49,974 nucleotides of DNA from Clostridiales bacterium (GTDB taxonomy: Bacteria; Bacillota; Clostridia; Christensenellales; Aristaeellaceae), in NCBI GenBank assembly GCA_022769795.1, contig JALEIQ010000069.1, positions 1-49,974 of the forward strand, in the 5' to 3' direction. This document shows positions 25,214 through 39,500 of the stretch, one piece after another (positions within the stretch are counted from its first letter, which is position 1; each line of letters begins with the position of its first letter). Both the position numbers and the translations under genes were made by a program. The notes under the pieces are model-generated. The model saw only the letters and a program-made list of their open reading frames with translations. It made no database searches and had not been told where the DNA came from.

Positions 25214-25264
25214 GCACCGCCGCGGAAGGAAAAGGGCTCCGCGGCAGAACAGGGGGCTGATCGC

Positions 25265-29786
<4,522 letters not shown>

Positions 29787-29794
<8 letters not shown>

Positions 29795-31253
29795 GCTGTT
29801 TGGCTTTCTGGAATATGAACGCGAGCTGCCTACGGATCGTGATCCCCTTGAGCGGCTGAACGACTGGAACGAGATACACGGCCTGCTTCCCTTGGAGCGG
29901 CAAAAAGCTCAGGCGGCCCGCTGTATGAGCTGCGCCGTGCCCTTTTGCCACAGCGGCATGATTTTTGGCGGCATGCCCAGCGGCTGCCCGCTTCACAATC
30001 TGATTCCCGAATGGAACGACCTGCTCTACCGCGGCGAATGGCAGCAGGCGGCGGCGCGGCTTATGCGCACCAACAGCTTCCCGGAGTTCACGGGTCGGGT
30101 ATGCCCGGCTCCGTGCGAAGGGGCCTGTACCTGCGGCATTCATCAGCCGCAGGTGACCATCCGTCAAAATGAGATGAGTATTATTGAGCATGCCTTTGAA
30201 AACGGTCTGATGGAGCCGCGCGTTCCCGAACGCCGCACAGGGAAAGCCGTCGCCGTGGTGGGCAGCGGCCCCTCTGGCCTTGCCTGCGCCGAATGGCTCA
30301 ACCGGCTCGGCCACAGCGTTACCGTGTATGAGCGCAACGACCGCGCGGGCGGGCTGCTCATGTACGGCATTCCCAATATGAAGCTGGAAAAGCGCATCGT
30401 TCAGCGCCGCGAGGCGCTCATGCGCGCGGAGGGCGTGCGCTTTGTCACCGGCTGCCATGTGGGCGTGGATATCCCCGCGGAAGCGCTGCTTACCGACTTT
30501 GACGCCGTTGTGCTATGCTGCGGCAGCGGCAAGCCGCGCGACCTGCGCGTCAAGGGCAGGGAGGGCCCCGGCGTAGCCTTCGCGCTGGAATACCTAACCG
30601 CCGCTACCCGCCATGTGCTGGATGAAACCTGCCCTCTGCCGGAGGCACTCAACGCGCATAACAAGCATGTTATGATTATCGGCGGCGGCGATACCGGCAC
30701 CGATTGCGTTGGCACGGCCCTTCGCCAGGGCTGTAAAAGCGTGCATCAGTTGGAAATTATGCCATCCCCGCCCGAAACGCGCGCGCCGGGCAATCCCTGG
30801 CCCGAGTATCCCAAAACGCTGAAGGTCGATTACGCGCAGCAGGAGGCCATCGCCCGCTTTGGCAGCGACCCGCGGCAATACCAGGTACAAACCAGCGAGA
30901 TTGTGCGCGACGGCGAAGGCCGCGTTTGCGCCGTAAAAACCGATAACATCCAATGGGTCAGGGGTTCGGATGGCCGCATGAGCCCGCAGGTGATTCCGGG
31001 CGCTACCCGCACCTGGCCCGCTGATCTGGTGCTGATCGCCATGGGCTTCACCGGCCCGGAGGATACGTTGATACAGGCGTATGGCCTCACGCAGGATGCG
31101 CGCACCAATGTGGTGGCCAACGGCTTCCATACCGAGCGCAAGGGCGTTTTTGCCGCGGGCGACATGCACAGCGGCCAAAGCCTTGTTGTGCGCGCCATCA
31201 ATGAGGGGCAGCAGGCCGCGCTCGCTTGCCACGAGTATCTTGTCAGGGAATAA
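29787..31253 (+). CDS. gltD: Glutamate synthase small subunit (NADPH-dependent)
   Basis: FLEYERELP..., Cys clusters [10 protein letters not shown] and CPAPCEGAC, and GSGPSGLA dinucleotide folds. RBS GGAGG precedes the start, and the gene overlaps the gltB end by 8 nt. Confidence 0.95.
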
Positions 31254-31282
31254 TGGAAACATCCAATAGCATACACAAAGCC

Positions 31283-31312
31283 GCAGCGCCAGCCCAAACG
31301 GTCTGGCGCTGC
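31283..31312 (+). terminator. Hairpin downstream of gltD
   Basis: 10-bp stem GCAGCGCCAG / CTGGCGCTGC. No U-tract follows. Confidence 0.3.
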
Positions 31313-31415
31313 GCTCGCTTAAAAGCAAGGCTTTTGATGCTTTGCCTAAACCTCGCCAGGGCATGATATCCCTGCCTTCCACGCCTTTTCAGCGCTCAAA
31401 GCGCCCTGTGCTCCT

Positions 31416-32771
31416 TCATGCCATCTCCCCCTTTTTCAGTTGCCGGGAAAGCCTCGCCGCCATCAGCCCGGCGATGAGCGCGGCCAGCCCATCCGCGACA
31501 GGCTGCGCGTACAGCACGCCCTCCAGCCCCCACAGCGCGGGAAGCAGGCAGATCATGGGGATAAAGCACAAACCCTGCCTGCAAACGCCCAGAAACAGCC
31601 CTTCCTTTGCCTTGCCCAGCGCCAGAAACAGCGAGGAATACACCGTATAGAACCCAAACGTCAAAATCGACAGGCCGTTCGCCCTGAGCGCCCGTGCTCC
31701 CGCGTGAATCATGGCCCGATCTCCCCTGGTAAACAGGCTGATTACACCTTCGGGGAAGGCCATCAGCACCAGGCCAAGGGCGGCGCAAAATGCCGTTGTC
31801 CACAGCACGGCTGTGCGCGTCGCCTCGCGCATGCGCTTGCCGTTTCCCGCGCCATAGCTGTATCCGGCGATGGGCTGAAACCCCTTGATAAAGCCAAACA
31901 CCATCAACGTGCCCAGCGACGTTACGCGGTTTACAGCGCCCATGCCCGCAATCACGGAATCGCCGTATGGCACCGCCTGGGCGTTTGTAAGCGAGATGGC
32001 AAGGCTGGTAAGCAGTTGGAATACCAGCGTCGGCACGCCGATGGTCAAAATTTCCGCAAGCATTTTCCCATTAAAGCGGCACTGACGCGCGCTGAAGGAA
32101 AGCAGGCTTTTCCCGCAAAAAATATAGCGCAGGTAAATCAGGCTGGAAACCAACTGCGAGAGTGCCGTGGCCATGGCCGCGCCCGCCACATCCATTTTCA
32201 GTACAAAAATAAACACGGGATCCAGCGCCATGTTCAGAACCGCGCCTATGGCCATCGCCGCCATACTGGTTTTGGCAGCCCCCTCGCTGGTAACCACGCT
32301 GTTCATCGTCACGTTAAAAACGTTGAACAGGGAACCCGCCACATAGATGCTCGCATAGCGTAAGGCGTAAGGCAGAATGCTATCCGTCGCGCCAAGCAGC
32401 CTCAGCATCGGCTCCAAAAACAGCAGCGCAAGCGCAATGGCCGCGCCGCCAACCGCAAGCCCGCCATATACCGCGGTGCTCGCCGCCTGACCGGCCCATT
32501 CCCTATCGCCGCGCCCAAGCGCCCTGGCGATAACGGATGCCGCCCCGTTGCCAAACAGCAGCCCCAGGCCAACGATCACCTGTCCCAACGGATACGCTAC
32601 GGAAATGGCACCCATGCGGCTGGTACCAAGCCCGCCCACAAAGTATGCGTCCGCCAGATTGTACAGGGCGTTAATCATCATACCAAGCATGGTGGGAAGC
32701 CCCATGGCAAGCAAGGTTTTGGGAATCGGCGCGCTGCTCAGCAGCTCTGTTCTAGGGTTAACTTTGTTCAT
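31416..32771 (-). CDS. MATE family efflux transporter (paralogue 2)
   Basis: MNKVNPRTELLSSAPIPKTLLAMGLPTMLGMMINALYNLADAYFVG is a typical MATE start. AAAGGAAG lies 8 nt upstream of ATG 32771. The rest of the 627-aa ORF is antisense to the PadR gene. Confidence 0.85.
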   Translation of the reverse strand: MNKVNPRTELLSSAPIPKTLLAMGLPTMLGMMINALYNLADAYFVGGLGTSRMGAISVAYPLGQVIVGLGLLFGNGAASVIARALGRGDREWAGQAASTAVYGGLAVGGAAIALALLFLEPMLRLLGATDSILPYALRYASIYVAGSLFNVFNVTMNSVVTSEGAAKTSMAAMAIGAVLNMALDPVFIFVLKMDVAGAAMATALSQLVSSLIYLRYIFCGKSLLSFSARQCRFNGKMLAEILTIGVPTLVFQLLTSLAISLTNAQAVPYGDSVIAGMGAVNRVTSLGTLMVFGFIKGFQPIAGYSYGAGNGKRMREATRTAVLWTTAFCAALGLVLMAFPEGVISLFTRGDRAMIHAGARALRANGLSILTFGFYTVYSSLFLALGKAKEGLFLGVCRQGLCFIPMICLLPALWGLEGVLYAQPVADGLAALIAGLMAARLSRQLKKGEMA

Positions 32772-32839
32772 GAATAGCGCTTCCTTTCTTGACTTTCGTT
32801 TTTCTTTCGGGTACGATGCATCTGTACCATATCGAATAA

Positions 32840-32886
32840 TACTATAATTTATAGTACATTTTGAAAGAATACTATAAATTATAGTA
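32840..32886. promoter_or_regulatory. Two inverted copies of a 17-bp palindrome (putative PadR operators) overlapping -10 hexamers
   Basis: TACTATAAtTTATAGTA (32840-32856) and TACTATAAaTTATAGTA (32870-32886) have centres 30 bp apart. Each contains TATAAT on one strand. The - strand copy has TTCAAA 17 nt upstream, giving a MATE promoter. Confidence 0.5.
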
Positions 32887-32918
32887 TTTGTCAATGCTTT
32901 TTTGAAGGAGTGGATTCC

Positions 32919-33446
32919 ATGGCAGCCATTGATCTCATCGTACTGGGTATGATCCGCCAGCAGCCCCGCAGCGCCTACGATATCCAAAAGCTTGTGGAAT
33001 ACCGCAGCCTGTCCAAATGGGTAAAAATCAGCACGCCCTCTATTTACAAAAAGGTGCTCCAGCTGGAGGAAAAGGGCTACATTCAAAGCCGCCTGGTGCG
33101 CGAGGGCAAAATGGCGGAAAAGGCGGTTTATTCCCTCACGCCCACCGGGAACGAGGCCTTTGAGCGCCTCATGCTGAACATTTCTCAGCAGCCCATTCAT
33201 CTTTTTCTGGATCTGAACGCCGTGATTGTAAACCTGGATAGCCTGCCGCCCGAAAAGCAGCGGGCGTGCATCGACGGTATTGAGGAAGGCGTTCGGCATC
33301 TAAAGGCCTCGTTGGAAGAAAACCTGCGTCTGAAATCTGCTTCTCCGGAAATTCCCGAAACGGCCAAGGCCGTGCTAAATCAGCAATACATTCTGGCCCA
33401 GGCCATTGAAAGCTGGGTTTCCTCCGTGCGTAAGCTGCTTCCATAA
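32919..33446 (+). CDS. PadR family transcriptional regulator
   Basis: IDLIVLGMIRQQPRSAYDIQKLVE...STPSIYKKVLQLEEKGYI...AVYSLTPTG is a PadR winged helix. ATG 32919 lies 8 nt after GAAGGAG. Confidence 0.85.
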   Translation: MAAIDLIVLGMIRQQPRSAYDIQKLVEYRSLSKWVKISTPSIYKKVLQLEEKGYIQSRLVREGKMAEKAVYSLTPTGNEAFERLMLNISQQPIHLFLDLNAVIVNLDSLPPEKQRACIDGIEEGVRHLKASLEENLRLKSASPEIPETAKAVLNQQYILAQAIESWVSSVRKLLP

Positions 33447-33548
33447 GCCTTCAAACGCAAAATCACAAGCCCGGCACAGGATTTCATACATCACCCTGCC
33501 CAAACCTGCGCACACTAGTAGCCGTATAGAATAGCGGAGGTTTGCCTG

Positions 33549-36500
33549 ATGCATTGGATCATCGCTGTGAGCGGGCTTTTGATTTTGGCTTTGCTGGCAT
33601 GGGGCGCTCGCCGCCCCTCGCAGCCTACCTACCGGGACGCGCCCCTGGATGACGCGCTAAACGCGCATCTATCCGCCCTGGCGGCGCGGCCCGAGGGGCG
33701 GGGCAAGGCCCGTATGCGCATGCCGCGCGGCATGCCGCGTGCGTTTGAAAAGGCCGTGCGGTATTTAAACGCCCTGCCCTCCGGCGAGCTGCTGCCCGCC
33801 GCGCGCTGGCTGTGCGAGAACGGACGCTTTTTGCAGGAGGAAATCGCCTCTCTCGTTCTTTCGCTAAAAGACGCGCCCAAGCTGCCCAAAACGCCCGAAG
33901 GTACCCCGCGCGCGGTGCTGTTCGCGCGCGAGCTCATGGGCCATAGCGCCGCCGTTTTCACGCGCGTGCGTTTTGAAAAAGCCGTAGAAGCCTGGCAGGA
34001 GTCCTCCGTTTTTACAAATACGGAGCTGGATCACCTTCCCCTTGCCATACGCCTTACCCTTGCGGAGATGGTATGCGAGCTGGCGGTGCTGTGTGTAAAG
34101 GAGCAGCGCGCCCAGCTTTGTGCCGTAAGGGCGGAGCGCTGCCTGCGCCAGGGCCGCGAACGGCAGGCCCTGCGCCTGATAAAGCTCCATGGGCACGAGC
34201 CGGCCTTTCTGGAACGTTTGCTGAGCGAGGCCCGCGCCGGCGCGGACGGTGCCAGCGCCCTGTGGCTGGATCAGTATTTCACGCAACACGGCCTGTCCGC
34301 CGACGCGCTTGCCCAAACCGAGCACGATCACCAAAGCGAAATCTGTCATTGGGTGAGCAACGCCGTCACATCGCTGCGGGCGGTTGGCCGTGTGCCCTGG
34401 CAGCGCGTGCTTGAGAGCCTCAGCCCTGTGCATACCGCGCTGTGCCAGGACGATACCTATCGCGCTATGGATCAGGAAAGCCGCGCCTACTACCGTGGCC
34501 GCGTAGCGTTGGCGGCCCGGCGCAGCAAGCGCGCGGAGCTGGCCGTCTGCGCGGGCGCGCTCACGCTTTGCCGCGGCGCGGAGGCAAATACCATTCGCGC
34601 CCATGTGGGCTATTATCTTTTGGACGATGGCTATTCCGCGCTGCTTCGCTATTTGCAGGCCATGGGGCTGTCCAACCGCATACGTGTATTTGCCGCCGCC
34701 CATGCGTGCGGCCTGTTTCGCCTGCTCAGCTGGCTTGGCTTTTTCGGGTTTGTGGCGCTCGGCTGGCGTGCTCGCCTGCCAGTGCTCCTATGGGTTCCGT
34801 TTGCGGCGATGCTTTTGTATGCGGTTCAGCAGCTCGCCATCGTGCTCATCCGCCGCAGGCTCAGGCCACGCATGGTTCCGCGGCTTCTGGTGGAAAGGCT
34901 CTCCCCATCCACGCAAACGCTTGTTGTGTGCCCCACCATGCTGCTTAGCGCGCAGCACGCCATTTCCATGGTCAAGCACCTTTCCGTGCTGCACCAGGCC
35001 AATCCTGATCCCCATCTGCATTTTCTTCTCCTGGGCGATTTCCAGGACAGCCTTACCGGCGCGCTCTCCGGCGACGAGGAGATTGTTACCGCGGCGGCCT
35101 CCGCCATTCAGGCGCTATGCGAAGCCAGCGGTCATACCTTCCTGTACCTTCAGCGCGAGCGCGTGTTTTCTGCGCGCGATCATATGTACATGAGCCGAGA
35201 GCGCAAGCGCGGCAGCCTGGAAACGCTGCTGCGCCTCATCGACGGCCGCCCCATCAGCGATAGCTTTGCCTATGCCAGCTTTCCCATAGAGGCGCTCAAG
35301 GGGCAATACCGCTACGTCATCACCCTGGACAGCGATACCATCCTCCCGCCTGGCAGCGCGCTCAGGCTGATAGGAGCCATGCTTCACCCCCTGCAAAAAC
35401 GCCAGCGCGCGGATGGGCGCATGCGCGGCGTAAGCGTAATTCAGCCGCGCATGGAAACCTCCGCGCATACGGTGGGTTCCGTGCTGGGCCTGCTTCTGGG
35501 CGGCAGCGGCGGCACCGACCCCTACAACGCTCTGATTGCGGATTTTGCCCACGACGCGCTTCACCGCGGCACCTTTATGGGAAAGGGGATCATTGATCCA
35601 AAGCCGTTTTTGGACGGTACCGGAAACAATATCATTCCCGGCTGCGTTTTGAGCCATGATCTTTTGGAGGGCGAGCTGACCGGCTGCGCCCTTGCCAGCG
35701 ATACCCCGCTGTACGATGGCCATCCCAAGGCTCTCAAGGGCTTTTTATACCGTCTTCACCGCTGGACGCGCGGCGATTGGCAGCTTCTTCCTTACCTTTT
35801 GCCGCTGTTTCCGGATCGCGCGCCGCGCGGCGTTCTTAGCGCCGCGTCCAAGCACAAGCTGTGGCAGAACCTGTTTCGCAGCCTGATTGCGCCGCTGCGC
35901 GTGCTTTTAATCGCCTATGCGGCGGTAACGGGGCGCGCGTGGCTGCTGCTGCTTGCCCTGATCGGTCCGGAAATCGCGTATCTGCTGCCGCCTGATGGGC
36001 AGAGTCTGGCCGCGTTCCTCTGCCGGCTGGCTGTTTTGCCCTGCGAGGCCATCATGCAGGCGGATGCTATTGCGCGCACGCTCTACCGTTTGTGGTTCAG
36101 CCGCCGGAACCTGCTGGCCTGGACGACCGCCGCCCAGCTCACAACTCCCAGCGCCAAGCCGCCCATGCTGTTTTTCTACATCAGCATGGCTTCCGGCGCG
36201 GCTGCGGCGGGCCTTTCCCTGCTGGGGCGCGGGGCGCTTATCCCCGGCCTTGCGCTTGGCGCGCTATGGATTGCCTTTCCCTTTGCCCTGCCGTTTCTGG
36301 AGCAACCCTATGAGCAGCCTCAACGCCCCACAGGCTATATGCGCGAGGTGCTCAAGCGCCTGGCGGCCTGCACGCTTACCTTCTTTGAAACCGCCATTAC
36401 CGAAAGCGATCACGCGCTTCCGCCGGACAATGTGCAAATCGAGCCGAACAAGGGCATTTCGCACCGCACCTCGCCTACCAATATCGGCCTGTACCTGTGC

Positions 36501-39500
36501 TCGCTCATCGCCTCGGAACGCCTGCGCCTTCTTTCCCCGGACGAAATGGCCCAGCGTATGGACGCCACGCTCAAAACCCTTGAAGCGCTGGAAAAATGGG
36601 AGGGGCATTGCTTCAACTGGTACGATACCCGCACCCTCAAGCCGCTGGAGCCGCGCTTTGTATCCTCCGTGGACAGCGGCAACCTGGCCGTTTCCCTGCT
36701 CACCTGCGCCCAGGGGATACGCGTGCTCATGCCGGAGCTCAGCGCCTGCTGGCACAGCCTGTCCGCCCGCATGGACGCGCTGGCTGAGGGCATGCGCTTT
36801 TCCGCCCTGTTTGACCCGGAGGCCGAATTGTTCTACATCGGCGTGCATCCGGCGGACGAAACGCCCACCCGCGAGCATTACGACCTGCTGGCCAGCGAAT
36901 CCAGGTTGATGAGCTTTGTAGCCATCATGCTTGGGCAGATTCCCATCAAACACTGGTATAGGCTGGGCCGCCTGTACACGCGCACACCGCATGGGCAAAC
37001 CCTGCTTAGCTTCAGCGGAACCATGTTTGAATACATGATGCCGCTGTTGTTTCAGCCAGTGGTGCGCGGCACGCTTTTGCACCGCATGCTCACCAACGCG
37101 CTTCAAACCCAAAAGTCGCACCGGCTTGGCGGCGTATTTGGCGTAAGCGAGAGCGGCTATTATGCCTTCGACCCCAATTTGTTTTATCAATACAGGGCGT
37201 TTGGCCTGCCGCGTCTGTCGCTGGACAGCGAGCAGCGCAGCGATGTGATTGCACCCTATGCCACATTGCTTGGCATGCCGCTGAATCTCAAGGGCATGTT
37301 CCACAACCTGCTGCGCCTGCAATCGCTGGGTATGCAGGGGCCTTTGGGCCTGTTTGAGGCGGCCGATTTTTCGCCTGAGCGCACGCAGGGACAGCCTATG
37401 CGCATTGTGCGCAGCCATATGGCGCACCACCAGGGCATGATTCTGTGTGCCATATGCAACGCGCTTGAGGAAAACTACATCGCCACGCTTTTTTCCTCGC
37501 TGCCTCGCGCGCAGGCGTACCGCCTGCTTCTGGAGGAGCGTCCCGGGCGCGGACGCGGCCTCGTGCGCCATCCTCTGCGCCGCACGGCGCGGGAACCCGC
37601 CGCTTCCGCCGCGGATATGCAGCGCACGGCTGATCCCCTGCGCTTCCCTATCGACGCGCATCTTCTGCATGGCGCGGACACAACCTGGCTCATAGACGCG
37701 CAGGGCAACGGTTACCTAAGCCGCAACGGCGTCATGCTCACCCGCTTCCATGAAAGCTGCCATCTGCCCAGCGGCATGCGCCTTTACCTGCGGGATTCGC
37801 AAAGCGGCTCCTATTGGAACATCACCGACCCCTCCCTTACAAATACCGTTACGTTTGAAACGGCGCAGGCCGTCTTTACGCACGAACGCTTCCAGGTGGA
37901 AACCACACTGCGCCTGTTTGTAAACCCTCTGGATGGGGCCGCGCTAGCCTGTATCACGCTGAAAAACCAATCCCCCATGGAGCGCATGATGGAGGTATGC
38001 AGCTATTTGGAGCCCGCCCTGGCCTCCCAGCGCGACGATGAGGCGCATCCCGCGTTCCAGAATCTGTTCATTCGCACGGAGCGCATGCAAAGGTGTGGCG
38101 TTCAGGCGTTGCGCCGTTCTCGTGAGCCGGAGGAGGCCCCGCGTCGCCTGTGGCATATGATGGCCACCAACGCCACGCTCACCATGGTGCGCGTGCAGAC
38201 TGACCGCACAGCCTTTCTTGGGCGTGGACGTACCTTTCATGCGCCCCGTGCCCTGGAGCTGCCCATCAGCGCAACCGCCGACGCGCTGGGCGATATGATC
38301 GAGCCCTGCCTGAGCCTGCGGGGACAGTTTGTGCTGCCGCCAAACGGACAGCTTCAATTTGTGTTTTCTACCCTCATGCCAGGTGCCAACGACAAGGCCA
38401 GCGCCTTTCTGGAACGCTATGGCCAGGCGGATAGCGCGCTGCGCCTATATGAGCCAGCACTCACCCAAGGGCTGGTTACCGCGCGCTACCTGGGCCTGAC
38501 TCCCAGCATGCAGGCCGGTGTTTCGCGTCTGGTAGGCGCTTTGGCCTATACCGGCCAGCCCATGCAATCCCGCTACGCGGCGGAAAACACGCTGCCCGTA
38601 AGCGGCCTGTGGAGCTTGGGCATCAGCGGGGATTTGCCCATTCTTCTTCTGGAATGCGAGGAAACCAAGGATTTGTCCCTGGTCAATCTTTTGCTCAAGG
38701 CGCACGCGTACTATCGCATGCACGGCCTGTGGATTGACCTGGTGCTGGTCGTTACCCGTCCTGCGGGATACGGCCATCCCTTCCGCGACCGCCTCAGCGA
38801 TATGGCGCACGCCTGCCACAGCCATGAGCTTATTGGCCGGGAGGGCGGTATCCATCTGTTTGACAGCCTTACTGGCGATCAGCTCGCGCTGCTTCGGGCC
38901 TCGGCGCGCATCGTCCTTTCCGCCACCGCGGGAAGCCTGCCGGATCAGCTGCGCGCCATGCAAACCGGTGGCCGCGCAAGGCCGCTATATCTGTGCCGCC
39001 CATCCACGCAGTGGAAAAACCTGCTGCCCGAAACGGACGCGCTGCTCTTTGAAAACGGCTATGGCGGCTTCACCCGCGCCGAGGGCAATTACCAAATCAC
39101 GCTTCCGCCGGGCAGGCAAACGCCTGCGCCCTGGTGCAATCCCCTGTGCTCGCAGCGCTTTGGCACGCTGGCCGCGGAAAGCGGCCTGCTGTTTACCTAT
39201 CAGGGCAACAGCCATTCCGGGCGGCTAACCCGCTGGCCCAACGACAGCGTAACCCCGCGCGGCGAGGAAACCTTCTTTTTGCGCGATGAGCGCAACCAGC
39301 TGCTGTGGTCCCTCACGCGCATGCCGCTGGGCCACGGCATGCCGGTTCGCGTCACGCACGCGCCGGGCGAAACCATCTATGAGTGCTGCGGCTACGGCAT
39401 TCAATGCCGCATGCATTGCTATACCGATTTGGAGGCGGATATCGGTGCGCGGGTGCTCCACGTGAAAAACCTGGATCAACAGGAGCGCGCGCTTACGCTG

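Noticed and set aside
25199-25216. Sigma-54 promoter look-alike TGGCATG...TTTGCA in the gltB leader.
   Set aside because: The GG and GC dinucleotides are separated by 12 nt, not the strictly required 10 nt. The sequence is better explained as the 3' arm and U-tract of the hairpin.
25047-25264. Riboswitch, T-box, ANTAR dual-hexaloop or TnrA/GlnR box (TGTNA-N7-TNACA) controlling gltB.
   Set aside because: I found no specifier or T-box sequence and no pair of hexaloop hairpins. The best TnrA-like match (TGTAT...GTACA) has the wrong spacing and mismatches at key positions. Too little RNA lies upstream of the terminator for a sensor domain.
31416-33299. Over-extended ORF-track starts. Examples: the 627-aa MATE ORF, 25037 for gltB, 6168 for spoIIR, 6901 for ygiQ, 11055 for the secreted protein, 45375 for spoIID, 22844 for the AKR.
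   Set aside because: The extensions lack an RBS, run through promoters or neighbouring genes, and precede conserved family N-termini that have good SD sequences. The starts were trimmed accordingly.
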